A stretch of DNA of 64,000 bases. It comes from Bdellovibrionales bacterium. Lineage in GTDB: Bacteria; Bdellovibrionota; Bdellovibrionia; Bdellovibrionales; JAUICD01. Below the pieces are notes generated by a model. The model had not been told where the DNA came from and made no database searches. It saw nothing but the letters and a program-made list of their open reading frames with translations. Below are positions 10,128 to 22,127 of the stretch, one piece after another. The stretch is taken from NCBI GenBank assembly GCA_965203275.1, contig OZ241865.1, positions 340,581-404,580 of the forward strand, written 5' to 3'. The translations under genes and the position numbers were made by a program. Numbering within the stretch: position 1 is the first letter of the stretch; the number at the start of each line of letters is the position of its first letter.

Positions 10128-10850
10128 TAACATCGTATTTATCCGGGATCTGGGATCCCGGGATCCGGGATCTGGCAACCCGGCATCAAAAGGAACTCTT
10201 TTTCCTTAACATTTCACTCAAAATGAGCCACACCTCTGGTGTGTTTTTGGGCATTGCTCTGACAGCTATCGCTGTCCAAAAAGAGCAATGCCTCAAAAAT
10301 CTGCTCATTTTGAGTAGGGCGGATCTCCTTGCTTCTGACACCATGTTAGGGAAAATTTCTTTTATTACCTCAAGGGCAAGCGGATTTACGAATGAAGGAC
10401 TTTTTCCTTAACATCGTGTAAAGAGACAAGAGGATTCTTCCTACTAAAAATAAACGGATTTTTGAGGCAATCAGCCTTTGATCGACGGCGAGAGCCGTCG
10501 GAAGGTGTAAGAAAGAACGTTTTCCTTAACATGGAGTTAAGGAACGAAGATATCCTTCCTACTAAAAGTGGTCAAGCTTTCTAGGCAATGACCATTTTGT
10601 CAATGGCGAAAGCCATTGCGGTCATTGCCCAAGGTGTAAGAAAGAACTTTTTCCTTAACATGTGGTCAAGAGACGAAGAGATCCTTCTTCCTAAAATTGA
10701 ACAAGCTTTTGAGGTAGCCAGCCTTTGATCGACGACGACAGTCGTCGGGCTGGCTATCCAAAAGTGACCAGAGGTCAGTTCAATTTTAGGGAAACAGAGG
10801 CATGATGCATTTTGAGTGAAAATGACGGCTGGTTTACTTTTAGTGAAACA
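10128..10850. repeat. intergenic palindromic-repeat mosaic (block C)
   Basis: Same module set as block A: a GC islet at 10140-10185, then several palindromic modules with different apical stems (GGGCATTGCTCTGACAGC-TATC-GCTGTC..., GGCAATGACC...GGTCATTGCC, GCCAGCC...GGCTGGC). Confidence 0.9.
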
Positions 10851-10966
10851 AATGATGTATTTAGACAAAAGAGTCCCTTGTGGTCTCTTTTTTTATTTAA
10901 AGTTTAAAGATTTGATTGTCTTTTTATTTATACCATAATAGTCTTTTAAAAAATAAGGGGGATATT

Positions 10967-11905
10967 ATGCTATTTCAAAGGAAAAAAATTGCTGTGATTG
11001 GCAGTGGATTTGTAGGAGCAACAGCTGCCCATCAATTAGCTTTTAAGGAGCTAGGAGATGTGGTTCTGTTAGACATTCATGAAGGTATGACAAAAGGTAA
11101 AGCTCTTGATTTGTTGGAGTCTTCCCCTATTTCATATTTTGATAGCCACATTACAGGAACAAAAGACTACAAAGATATTTCCAATTCTGATCTCATCATT
11201 ATAACAGCTGGATTACCTCGCAAGCCAGGCATGAGCCGTGATGACTTACTTGCTACTAATGCTAAAATTATGAAGGAAGTTTGCTCAGGCATTAAGCAAC
11301 ATGCACCTGACAGTATTGTCATTGTAGTCTCTAACCCTTTAGATGCTATGGCCTACATTGCTAAAAAAGAGCTAAACTTTCCAAGAAATCGCATTTTAGG
11401 TATGGCAGGTGTTTTAGATAGCGGTAGATTTAAAACCTTCATTGCTCAAGAACTTCATGTTTCTGTTAAAGATGTACATGCTTTTGTTTTAGGAGGACAT
11501 GGGGATACTATGGTCCCTTTACCACGTCTTTGCTCTGTGGGAGGTATTCCTTTATTAGAGCTACTCAGTCAAAATCAGGTGGATGCTTTAGTAGAGAGAA
11601 CACGTAAGGGAGGGGCTGAAATTGTTAGGCTTTTAAAAACAGGTTCGGCTTATTATGCTCCCTCTGCCAGTGCTGTGCAAATGGCTGAAGCTATTTTAAA
11701 AGGACAAAATCGCCTTTTACCTTGTACTGCTTATTTAAAAGGGGAATTTGCTGTCCATGATCTTTTTATTGGAGTGCTTTGTGTTTTAGGTGCAAATGGA
11801 TTAGAAAGAGTCATTGAGTTTCAATTAACACCAGAAGAACAAAAACACTTTGATCATTCTGTTCGTGCTGTCAAAGAGCTTGTCAACAAACTTGAAACCT
11901 TTTAA
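10967..11905 (+). CDS. mdh: malate dehydrogenase (LDH-like family)
   Basis: KIAVIGSGFVGATAAHQLA Rossmann motif, ITAGLPRKPGMSRDDL, VLGGHGDTMVP. GGGGGA SD before the ATG at 10967; the ORF is open from 10916. Confidence 0.95.
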   Translation: MLFQRKKIAVIGSGFVGATAAHQLAFKELGDVVLLDIHEGMTKGKALDLLESSPISYFDSHITGTKDYKDISNSDLIIITAGLPRKPGMSRDDLLATNAKIMKEVCSGIKQHAPDSIVIVVSNPLDAMAYIAKKELNFPRNRILGMAGVLDSGRFKTFIAQELHVSVKDVHAFVLGGHGDTMVPLPRLCSVGGIPLLELLSQNQVDALVERTRKGGAEIVRLLKTGSAYYAPSASAVQMAEAILKGQNRLLPCTAYLKGEFAVHDLFIGVLCVLGANGLERVIEFQLTPEEQKHFDHSVRAVKELVNKLETF

Positions 11906-11972
11906 TATGTGTGCTTTTTAAATATTTCTAATATGCAATAACTTTTAGACAGAAAAATAAAGCACATCTTAA

Positions 11973-13825
<1,853 letters not shown>

Positions 13826-13889
13826 GATATAAGTTCCTCTCTATTTTTGTTTGTCTTGTTTGTCATAACTTTGTCATAACCATAAATGA

Positions 13890-14189
13890 TTAGTTATGTT
13901 TTTTACGGGCTATCGTTTTATTTAAATCGTTTCTTAACTCCTTGCCCACTTTAAAAAAAGGTAACTTTTTTTGCTTAATAGAAATCACACGGCCTGTCCT
14001 AGGATTTCTCCCTTTATAGGCATTGTATTGACGATTGGCAAAAGAGCCAAACCCTCTAATTTCAATGCGAGCATTTTTTAATATAGCATCTTTCATGGTA
14101 TTAAAAATAGTATCTACCACTAATTCTGCCTTCCCCTTTGTGATCTTTGCCTTTTGAGCAATGACTTGCACCAAATCTGATTTGTTCAT
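13890..14189 (-). CDS. IHF/HU family DNA-binding protein (IHF-like)
   Basis: MNKSDLV..., RIEIRGFGSF, GRNPRTG, FKVGKELR. This is the typical IHF beta-arm signature in a 99-aa protein. Confidence 0.9.
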   Translation of the reverse strand: MNKSDLVQVIAQKAKITKGKAELVVDTIFNTMKDAILKNARIEIRGFGSFANRQYNAYKGRNPRTGRVISIKQKKLPFFKVGKELRNDLNKTIARKKHN

Positions 14190-14609
14190 TGTAACCTTCC
14201 TCTCTGTTTGAAATTAAATATTTCATAAGTTTATTCTTATCTTAATCTATATATTTTCTAAAATATAGCATCTTTCATTATAAATATCACATCTATTAAA
14301 ATATAAAGTGTTTATTTTGTAAACAGAATATGTCTATTATGTAGTCACATTTAAGTTATTGAAAATATTATGCTTTTGCAAAATACCCCTATTTAAAGGC
14401 TTTATTATAGTCACTTTAAATTTTATCTCGTCATAGAGATATTTGAGGGTCTGTGTTTAAAACATAATAATTTTAAGTACTTATATGTTTTTTTTAATAT
14501 TCTAAAAGTTTGGCAACTTCTTTGCAACATAATTTTTTGAGGAGAATTGTATTTTTTGCGAGCCGTTTTTGCGGGTTGCTGTAACAAACCATAAGAGAAG
14601 GGGTAAATC

Positions 14610-16517
14610 ATGAAAAATAAATTATATGTCTTTTTATTAATTCCAATGGCTTTTGCTATGACATCTTTTAATATACAAACCCTTAACCATGAGGGAAGAT
14701 CTGAAATGGCTAGTAATAGTGATCCAAATGCATTAAAACATGCCTTAAGAGCATCAAGAGGAGCATCAGGCGGTCTTATTTCTGCTCCTTCTTTATTAAC
14801 ACAACAAACTGGAACAACTATAGAAACTCCTGTTTTAGAAAGCCGTAGCATTGTATCAGGAAATCCAGCACCAGCACCAGCAGAAGTAGCTGAACCTGAA
14901 ACAGTTGAACAAGATGCAGAAGCTTCAGATGCAGGTGCAAATGAAGTAGGTGGACAAAATGTAGGAACTTCAAGTGTAGCTGAAGGTACTACAGCAGTAG
15001 AGGTTGCAGATGAACAACCAGAAGAACCAGCAGAAGCTACTACAGTAGAGGTTGCAGATGCAGATGAACCAGAAGAACCAGCAGCAGACAATAACCCTAC
15101 TACTACAGCTCCAGCAAATACACCTATAGCTGAGCTAATCCAAAATATGCAAAAGGTTGTTTCCGGCATTGGTCCTACAGATCTTCCTTTTGATGTAAAT
15201 GGAGATAGAAAAGCAGATACTCATTTAAAGGTAAGTTTTGAAGAAGTCACATCTTCTGGTCCGCGTCCTCTCAATGTTAATAGTGGAAATGATGAGGATA
15301 AGGTTATTTTAAAGGTTGAATCTAACACTTTTGAAAGTATTGGTTTAGAGGCAGAATCAGGAGTTTCTTGTGAATGCGATAATGAACAGAGCTTTCAGAT
15401 AGAATTGACACGGAGTGATCTTGGTTTAGAACCTGGTGAAGATTTAGATGAAGAAAAAATCAAAAAAATTGTAACTAATCATGCTGATCAAATCATTGCT
15501 CAGATCAACAATAATAGAAATGCACAACATCAGGCCAGCCTGGAAGAGCAAGATTGTAGCAAAAAAGGACATAAAAGTGCAAAACTAAGATGTTTTATTA
15601 AGCAAGTTAAAGACAATAAAGATAAAGATGAATCTTTAGCTACCATTGAGGAGATATTAGATGATCTAGCTTACAGTACAAAAAAGTCAGACGAGAGGCT
15701 TTTTGAACAGACTTTAAAGAAGCTAAAAGGTGATGAGGACCTTGTGGCATTAAAAGAGAAGTTTGAAAAAAGCCAAGAGGTGAGAGTTGCTGCTGATGAG
15801 CATAAAGAAAAAATGCATAATTGGAATAAAGAGATCACAGAAGCGACAGAAGCTTATAACACAGCAGAAAATTATATGGCTCAGATAGAAATGCGTGGTT
15901 TTAGTACTCCTATGGATCAACATAATTATCAAATAGCACTTCAGAATATGCGTCATGCTGAAACAGTGATGTACTCCACACAGCTTAAGATGCATACAGC
16001 TCGAAGAGCTTTTAACACTCACTTTAACAGCATTGTTGGAAATTTAAGTTCAAGTCAAGTCACTGCTGCTAGAAATTATGCTTTCCCTAAGAGCCTCAGA
16101 AACAATATGGCTGTTATACCTTCAAGTAGCCGATTTGGACTTTCTACAACATTGGGAGGAGGCCCTCTTTCAAGACGACCTCTCCGTTCAAGAAACTTTA
16201 GAGATGGTTCTTTTATGGATAGAAGAGATCGTTACTCTTTAAGAACTCCTTCAATTCTTTTAGATGATGGGGTATCTCACAGATCAGGTCGTAATGATCT
16301 ACGCGGTGGTGGTTATAATATCAGAAGCAGAAGAGGAAGAGGTGTGCGTACACCGTATCAATTTGATGCTTTGAGTAGACCTAGAGATTTAAATATTGAT
16401 AGAGTAGCTCCAAGACAACAAGCCCCAAGAGTTCGTTCACAGAGGAGTCAAAGAGTTCCTAGGAGAAGGGGCGGTGGTTATGTCCAAAGAACAAGTAACA
16501 ACAACAGAACCCGATAG
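14610..16517 (+). CDS. secreted hypothetical protein: acidic low-complexity region, coiled coil, Arg/Gly-rich tail
   Basis: AAGGGG SD. Signal peptide MKNKLYVFLLIPMAFAMTSF. (V)EVADxxEPEEPA repeats, a Lys/Glu-rich helical middle, and a C-terminal RGG/RSR-rich 150 aa. No family recognised. Confidence 0.6.
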   Translation: MKNKLYVFLLIPMAFAMTSFNIQTLNHEGRSEMASNSDPNALKHALRASRGASGGLISAPSLLTQQTGTTIETPVLESRSIVSGNPAPAPAEVAEPETVEQDAEASDAGANEVGGQNVGTSSVAEGTTAVEVADEQPEEPAEATTVEVADADEPEEPAADNNPTTTAPANTPIAELIQNMQKVVSGIGPTDLPFDVNGDRKADTHLKVSFEEVTSSGPRPLNVNSGNDEDKVILKVESNTFESIGLEAESGVSCECDNEQSFQIELTRSDLGLEPGEDLDEEKIKKIVTNHADQIIAQINNNRNAQHQASLEEQDCSKKGHKSAKLRCFIKQVKDNKDKDESLATIEEILDDLAYSTKKSDERLFEQTLKKLKGDEDLVALKEKFEKSQEVRVAADEHKEKMHNWNKEITEATEAYNTAENYMAQIEMRGFSTPMDQHNYQIALQNMRHAETVMYSTQLKMHTARRAFNTHFNSIVGNLSSSQVTAARNYAFPKSLRNNMAVIPSSSRFGLSTTLGGGPLSRRPLRSRNFRDGSFMDRRDRYSLRTPSILLDDGVSHRSGRNDLRGGGYNIRSRRGRGVRTPYQFDALSRPRDLNIDRVAPRQQAPRVRSQRSQRVPRRRGGGYVQRTSNNNRTR

Positions 16518-16530
16518 ATATTTTCAAAGT

Positions 16531-17350
16531 GTGACCGACGGTTCAGTGCCGTCGGGCTAACTACCTAGAAAATCCATTTATTTAATTCACTAAAAGTAAA
16601 CCAGCCTCTGGCTGTTTTTGGGCATTGGCTCACTAAAAGTGGTCTAGCCTCTGGCTACTTTCTGGTTGCCAGCCGAAGGCTATTCGCCTTCTCAAAAGCT
16701 GGCAACCTAGAAAGCTTGACCACTTTTAGTAGGAAGGAAACCTTCATTTCTTAACACCATGTTAAGGAAAAAGTTCTTTCTTACACCTTTTGGCTACCGC
16801 CGTCGATCAAAGGCTGATTGCCTCAAAAATCCGTTTACTTTTAGTAATGAGGATCCCTTCGTCTCTTTACACGATGTTAAGGAAAAAGTTCCTTCTGTTT
16901 CACTAAAAGTGGTCTAGCCTCTGTTTCCCTAAAATTGAACTAGCCTCGGCTACTTTTGGGCAGTTAGCCCGACGGCTACTGCCGTCGATCAAAGGCTAAC
17001 TGCCTAGAAAATCCATTTATTTTGAGTAGGGGAGGATCCTTTTTTCTCTTAACAGCATGTTAAGGAAAAAGTTCTTTTTGAACCCGCCAAGGGCTCAGGA
17101 GGAAATTTTTTAGATGCAAAAATTCATTACAATCAATGCTCTGATGCCGGTTTGCTGGATCCCGGATCCTGGATCCCGGATCCCGGTTCCCGGATCCCAG
17201 ATCCCGGATGAAAATCATGTTAGGGAAACAAGATGTTTATCGCAATGGCTTTCGCCATTGGCAAAATGGTCATTGCCTCAAAAATCTATACATTTTGAGT
17301 AGGGGAGGATCTCCTTGCTTTTTAACACCATGTTAGGGAAACAAGATATT
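16531..17350. repeat. intergenic palindromic-repeat mosaic (block D)
   Basis: Several palindromic modules, CTTAACAT modules and a GC islet at 17150-17210 (GGATCCCGGATCCTGGATCCCGGATCCCGGTTCCCGGATCCCAGATCCCGGAT). Confidence 0.9.
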
Positions 17351-17427
17351 CGTTTTTATGGATTTCTTTGAAAAGGTAAGGAATTTAGGTTTGAAAATTA
17401 GAAATCAAGTGATTTCAGCTATTTAAT

Positions 17428-17455
17428 ACTGTGACTTTTGTATAAAAGTTACAGT
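17428..17455. promoter_or_regulatory. 28-bp palindromic site 1: ACTGTGACTTTT-GTAT-AAAAGTTACAGT
   Basis: Two 12-nt arms in inverted orientation around a 4-nt asymmetric core. Paired with site 2 at 17773-17800. Confidence 0.4.
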
Positions 17456-17470
17456 ATTAAGTGTTTGTAA

Positions 17471-17640
17471 TTGTTAGACTTTTTTAGGTCGACTTTAGAA
17501 ATTTCTAATTTTTCGTCTAACACAATTCTTATCGTTTATTATGACATAAAACTTTATATTTTTGTTAAAAAAAATCAAAAAAAGTGACATTTTGTATCAA
17601 AAAGAATCACTTTTTTTAATTTTTGTATCATCTTGAAACA
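17471..17640. other. conserved AT-rich non-coding block, copy 2
   Basis: Homologous to 1493-1668 (see that entry). Lies between the two 28-bp palindromic sites, upstream of the pilin gene at 18369. Confidence 0.5.
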
Positions 17641-17772
17641 CTTTACTAATCTTTAAGACATAAGATCAGAAAAATGAGCAATGGTTTTTCATTTTTGTTT
17701 TATAACTTTTGATTTGTTTGATTTTTCAAAACAATTTTCTTGCAAAAAATTGCCTGTTTTTTGCTCTTTCAA

Positions 17773-17800
17773 ATTGTGACTTTTATACAAAAGTTACAGT
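17773..17800. promoter_or_regulatory. 28-bp palindromic site 2: ATTGTGACTTTT-ATAC-AAAAGTTACAGT
   Basis: Arms are identical to site 1 apart from one base. The core ATAC is the reverse complement of the site 1 core GTAT. Confidence 0.4.
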
Positions 17801-17837
17801 GCTAAGTCATTGAAATCACTAGGTCGTTTAGGATGGG

Positions 17838-18352
17838 TTCATTAAAAGTGGCCAGAAGCTGGTTTACTTTTAGTGAAAAGGAAATCAATAGAAGGAAATC
17901 TTTTTCCTTAACATTGTGTAGAGGAGTAAAAGGATCCTTCTCTACTCAAAATAAACAGACTTTTGAGACATTGCTCTTTTTGGACAGCGATAGCTGTCAG
18001 AGCAAACGTCAGAAGGAGATCTTTTTCCTTAACATCGTGTCAAAAGAGGAAAGGATCCTTCCTACTAAAAGTGGTCAGGCTTTTGAGGCAATGACCATTT
18101 TGTCAAAGGCGAAAGCCTTTGCGGTCATTGCCCAAGGTGTAAGAAGGAACTTTTTCCTTAACATCTTGTTAAAAAACGAGGAGATCCTCTCTACTAAAAG
18201 TAAACGGACTTTTGAGATAGCCAGCCTTTGATCGACGGTGAGAGCCGTCGGGCTGGCTATCCAAAAGTGACCAGAGGTCAGTTTACTTTTAGTGAAACAG
18301 AGGCTAGACCACTTTTAGTGAAACAGAGGCATGATTTATTTTGAGTGAAACA
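17838..18352. repeat. intergenic palindromic-repeat mosaic (block E)
   Basis: Same modules as the other blocks. It sits between the conserved block and the pilin start codon. Confidence 0.9.
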
Positions 18353-18368
18353 AACCGTGGAGGTTATT

Positions 18369-19061
18369 ATGGAACGTTTAATTAAGAATCAAAAAGGTTT
18401 TAGTTTAATTGAATTAATGGTCGTCGTGGCTATTATTGGATTATTGGCCGCTATTGCTATACCACAGTATAGTCGGTTTCAAAAAAGGGCAATTCAAACA
18501 GAGGCAAAAAGTGGTTTAAGTGGTTTATTTGTAGCACAAAAGGCATTTATAACAGAATGGAATTATGCAACATCCGATATGGACCAGCTAGGTTATGATA
18601 TTGATGGAAATCAAAATAATTATACTATTGGCTTTGCAGGAGCAACTACCAGCACAAGAGATGCAGAGTCGAATCCAGCTAATTATAGAGGACCAAAAGC
18701 AGAATCTAATAACGCAAATCAAAATTTCAATGTGGGTAAAACTATGCCTGCAACAGTAACAGCTAATAATGACGCAGCTTTTAGCGGTACGGCAGGACAT
18801 GCATGTGCTGATAATGCAGGCGGTACAGCTTGTGATGCTGCTTCTGTCGCTGCAAACTGTGTTTGGCGAGGTGGCTCTTGTCAAGCACCACTTCAAAATG
18901 GTCTATATATAAGTGGAACAAGCGGGATAAATTATTTAGCTGGAGCTGTGGGATACCTGGGAACAAAAGACACAGGTATAGTTGATGATGATCTTGATGT
19001 TTGGACTATTAACCATGAGCGTACGTTAGTGGTTAGTCAGGACGGAACAGATAAAGATTAA
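18369..19061 (+). CDS. type IV pilin (PilA-like)
   Basis: GGAGG (18359-18363) sits 5 nt before the ATG at 18369; the track ORF starts at a GTG at 18345 inside a repeat. MERLIKNQKG/FSLIELMVVVAIIGLLAAIAIPQYSRFQKRAIQTEAK. Cys-rich C-terminal region. Confidence 0.85.
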   Translation: MERLIKNQKGFSLIELMVVVAIIGLLAAIAIPQYSRFQKRAIQTEAKSGLSGLFVAQKAFITEWNYATSDMDQLGYDIDGNQNNYTIGFAGATTSTRDAESNPANYRGPKAESNNANQNFNVGKTMPATVTANNDAAFSGTAGHACADNAGGTACDAASVAANCVWRGGSCQAPLQNGLYISGTSGINYLAGAVGYLGTKDTGIVDDDLDVWTINHERTLVVSQDGTDKD

Positions 19062-19101
19062 TCACATAATCCTTTAATTTTAAGGTTTAAGCATGATGAG
19101 T

Positions 19102-19137
19102 ATATGGGTCGTTTGCTACGGCCCATATATTTTTTTT
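19102..19137 (+). terminator. rho-independent terminator after the pilin gene
   Basis: ATATGGGTCG-TTTGCTA-CGGCCCATAT: a 10-bp stem with one G-T pair, followed by ATTTTTTTT. Confidence 0.75.
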
Positions 19138-19143
19138 AACAAT

Positions 19144-19168
19144 AAGGGTTTAACGGCCCTTTTATTTT
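19144..19168 (+). terminator. second short hairpin plus T-tract
   Basis: AAGGG-TTTAACGG-CCCTT then TTATTTT. Near-duplicate of the hairpin at 19461. Confidence 0.4.
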
Positions 19169-19208
19169 AGTTTTATTAATTTTTAACCAAACCATAAGGG
19201 GGTAAATT

Positions 19209-19442
19209 ATGCCAGTACAAGTTTTATATTTTTTAACAGGTTTTGCACTTAGCGAACTTAGACATATTCATTATCATGGAGGCCTAAACGAATGCAAAAG
19301 GGCAGGCGGTGACTTTAATAAAGTTAGACCATTACACAAAAACCAGGATGTAATGGATTCTATAAAAGACATGTTCAGACAGACAGCGTTTCTTTACAAG
19401 TCATTTGAAGGATTTTTCTCTAAGAAATCTTTTAAGAAGTAA
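19209..19442 (+). CDS. small hypothetical protein (77 aa)
   Basis: AAGGGGG SD 6-7 nt upstream of the ATG. Bracketed by terminator-like hairpins. No recognisable motif. Confidence 0.45.
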   Translation: MPVQVLYFLTGFALSELRHIHYHGGLNECKRAGGDFNKVRPLHKNQDVMDSIKDMFRQTAFLYKSFEGFFSKKSFKK

Positions 19443-19460
19443 AGTGGAAAACATGTTTTT

Positions 19461-19489
19461 AAGGGCTTAACCGCCCTTTTGTTTTTTTA
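19461..19489 (+). terminator. rho-independent terminator
   Basis: AAGGGC-TTAACC-GCCCTT followed by TTGTTTTTTT. Confidence 0.65.
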
Positions 19490-19601
19490 TCATTTTGATA
19501 CAAATCACTGATATTTCTTAAAAAATTCTCAAATAATAGTTAAGTCCCTTGAAAAGATGCCGATACAGTACTTAAGGCTATTAAGTAGCTTAGAGAAGTA
19601 T

Positions 19602-20726
19602 ATGTATCTTAGAATAACCATTATCTTATTGTGTTTGTCTTTATTTGGATGCGGTGGGAGCAAGTCATCCACTTCCATAACACCAACACCATCACCAGAC
19701 AAGTCAGGACCCGGAGTAAATCAAAGCCCGAGTCCAGTAGCAAGTCCAAGCCCGACATTGCCAAATTGCAATTCAAAGTTTATTGGCTTGCCTATTCTTA
19801 ATATAAGAAAACCATTAATCAATGAAGCCACTGTTGATGATGGAGAGGCTTTAAGACGAGCTAGTGAAGATGGACATGTAGAAAATGTAAAGGCATTGCT
19901 AGAAAAGGGTACAGATATAAATAGTCAAGACAGCAAATATGGCAAGACGGCCTTAATGTTGGCTAGTCAGTCTAATCATATAGAGATTGTAGGGTTATTG
20001 CTAGCGACTGATGCCAATGTGAACATTCAAGACAACTATGGCACGACGGCTTTAATGTATGCTAGCAATGGTCGTAAACACCATCACCAACACCAGACTG
20101 AGATTGTAAAGCTATTGCTAGCGACCGATGCCAATGTGAACATTCAAGACAACTATGGCATGACGGCTTTAATGTTGGCTAGTCGTGAGGGCTATGGCTA
20201 TATAGAGATTGTAAAGCTATTGCTAGCGACTTGTGCTGATGTCAATCATCAAGACAAATATGGCACGACGGCTTTAATGTATGCTAGCAATGGTCGTACT
20301 GAGATTGTAAAGCTATTGCTAGAGGCCGGAGCGAACGTCAATCATCAAACAAAAAAAGGATGGACGGCTTTAATGCATGCTAGTCGTACTGAGATTGTAA
20401 AGCTATTGCTAGCGGCCGGAGCTGATACCGACTTTCAAGACAGAAGAGGCCGAACAGCTTTAATATGGGCAAGCTTATATGGCCATGTTGAGCTTGTAAG
20501 GCTATTGCTAGCGGCCGGAGCTAACGTCAATATTCGAAATAATGAAGGGAATACGGCTTTAATAGCCGGTTTAAGAAGAGATATTGAGATTGTAAGGTTA
20601 TTGTTAGAGGCCGGTGCTGACGTTAACCTTCAAAACAAAGCAGGGAAAACGGCTTTATATTATGCAAGACAGGATGGTCGTACTGAAGTTGTAAGGTTAT
20701 TGCTAGCGGCCGGAGCTACAGAATAA
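19602..20726 (+). CDS. ankyrin-repeat lipoprotein (about 9 ANK units)
   Basis: The ORF is open from 19557; the Met at 19602 gives MYLRITIILLCLSLFGC (lipobox LFGC). Pro/Ser-rich linker, then repeated G.TALM.AS..G..EIVKLLLA.GA.VN units. Confidence 0.85.
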   Translation: MYLRITIILLCLSLFGCGGSKSSTSITPTPSPDKSGPGVNQSPSPVASPSPTLPNCNSKFIGLPILNIRKPLINEATVDDGEALRRASEDGHVENVKALLEKGTDINSQDSKYGKTALMLASQSNHIEIVGLLLATDANVNIQDNYGTTALMYASNGRKHHHQHQTEIVKLLLATDANVNIQDNYGMTALMLASREGYGYIEIVKLLLATCADVNHQDKYGTTALMYASNGRTEIVKLLLEAGANVNHQTKKGWTALMHASRTEIVKLLLAAGADTDFQDRRGRTALIWASLYGHVELVRLLLAAGANVNIRNNEGNTALIAGLRRDIEIVRLLLEAGADVNLQNKAGKTALYYARQDGRTEVVRLLLAAGATE

Positions 20727-20818
20727 TACCAATTCTATATTTGTCTCAAAGTGAGAATCTTTTTTTTTATCTTTTTTTCACATAAATCATTAAGTCAGAC
20801 TAAAGTCATACCGATATT

Positions 20819-21589
20819 ATGCTTATGGCAGGTTTTATTATTATTTCTCTAGCAATATTTTTTTGTTTTTTGATCTTTGGCAATCGGTCAGATCCCAGGA
20901 AACAATTATTGTATGCTTGTGATAACGGACATACAGATGTTGTAGGGATATTGATAGAAAGTAAAGCTGATATTGACATTAAAGGAGAAGCTGGCCAGAG
21001 GGGTTTAATGATGGCAAGCTATAACGGATATACAGATATTGTATTGTTATTGCTAGAGGCTGGAGTCGATGTCAATATTCAAAGCCAAGATGGCTGGACG
21101 GCTTTATTATTTGCTAGTACAAACGGCCACGAGGAAATTGTAAGGCTTTTATTATTATCAAATGCAAATGCTGATATTCAAACTTATAAAGAAGGCTTTA
21201 CGGCTTTACTAGTAGCAAGTGCTAAAGGTCATATAAAGATTGTAAGGCTTTTATTAGCAGATGGTGCAAATCCAGATATTCAAGACAATGACAATGGAAC
21301 AGCTTTATTGGGAGCTTGTATATTTGGTCATATAGGGATTATAAGGCTTTTATTGGACTTTGGAGCAAACATCGACGTCCAGGGGAAAAAAGGTATGACA
21401 GCTTTAATGTTGGCTAGTTATTTAGGACGTACAGAGATAGTAAGGATGTTGCTAGAAGACAATGCAGACGTAGAAATAAAAACCAGAGATGGGTGGTCGG
21501 CTATAAGCATAGCTCTTTCAAAGAATTACAAAGACATATATGATATGTTGTTTATGGCTATGGTTAGAAAATATAAATTAATAAGTTAG
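20819..21589 (+). CDS. membrane-anchored ankyrin-repeat protein (about 7 ANK units)
   Basis: N-terminal TM segment GFIIISLAIFFCFLIF, then repeats GWTALLFASTNGHEEIVRLLLLSNANADIQ and similar. Confidence 0.85.
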   Translation: MLMAGFIIISLAIFFCFLIFGNRSDPRKQLLYACDNGHTDVVGILIESKADIDIKGEAGQRGLMMASYNGYTDIVLLLLEAGVDVNIQSQDGWTALLFASTNGHEEIVRLLLLSNANADIQTYKEGFTALLVASAKGHIKIVRLLLADGANPDIQDNDNGTALLGACIFGHIGIIRLLLDFGANIDVQGKKGMTALMLASYLGRTEIVRMLLEDNADVEIKTRDGWSAISIALSKNYKDIYDMLFMAMVRKYKLIS

Positions 21590-21762
21590 CTATTATATAT
21601 TGAGATTTGTCTCACATATCAATCTTTATTCTTATATTGATTGCCATGCCTTCTTTGAAGTCTCAAACATCGAAACTTTACAAACCATTCTATTAAACCC
21701 ACTGGATGATACTTGATTGTTTTTTTCTATAAAACCATGTATCTTTTGACTTTTTTAAAGCT

Positions 21763-21951
21763 GTGTTGCACTTTGAAGTAAACCAGAGTGGGAGACACAG
21801 CTTGAATATCAAACAATATGTAGCTTATTATAGAGTATCAACATCAAGGCAAACTATTGGCTTGCAAGCTCAGGAGACAATGGTCAAAGCCTATCTTAAA
21901 GATCAATGCCCCCCTATCAAATCATTCACAGAAAAGGAAAGTGGCAAGTAA
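21763..21951 (+). pseudogene. serine recombinase (resolvase/invertase) N-terminal fragment
   Basis: KQYVAYYRVSTSRQTIGLQAQETMVKAYL....FTEKESGK matches the catalytic N-terminus (Y.RVST..Q...L..Q) but stops after ESGK. No continuation is found in any frame. Confidence 0.6.
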
Positions 21952-22127
21952 TACAGGGACTCAATCAAGAGTAGCCGACTTTAATCATTATGATAAATTC
22001 TGACAACAATAAAAATATCGACACGAAGGGTCAAAGGAGTTGACTTCGATGATGATCTTTTACGTTCTGTGTGGTAGGTAAATAAATATTTAAATATTCC
22101 AAAGAAATATCCTTTATAGGAGGTAAA

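Noticed and set aside
14423-15169. 248-aa minus-strand ORF rich in Ala/Ser/Gly.
   Set aside because: It is antisense to the GAA/GCA-rich acidic repeat region of the 635-aa gene. That gene has an SD, a signal peptide and a far longer frame.
18588-18966. Minus-strand ORFs of 102 and 61 aa inside the pilin gene, and similar antisense ORFs in glyA (6574-6846), cca (9705-9899), ETF-QO (26144-26365), cas3, topA, prc, ftsL and GSII.
   Set aside because: Each lies within a longer gene that has strong family motifs. None has an SD or a recognisable motif.
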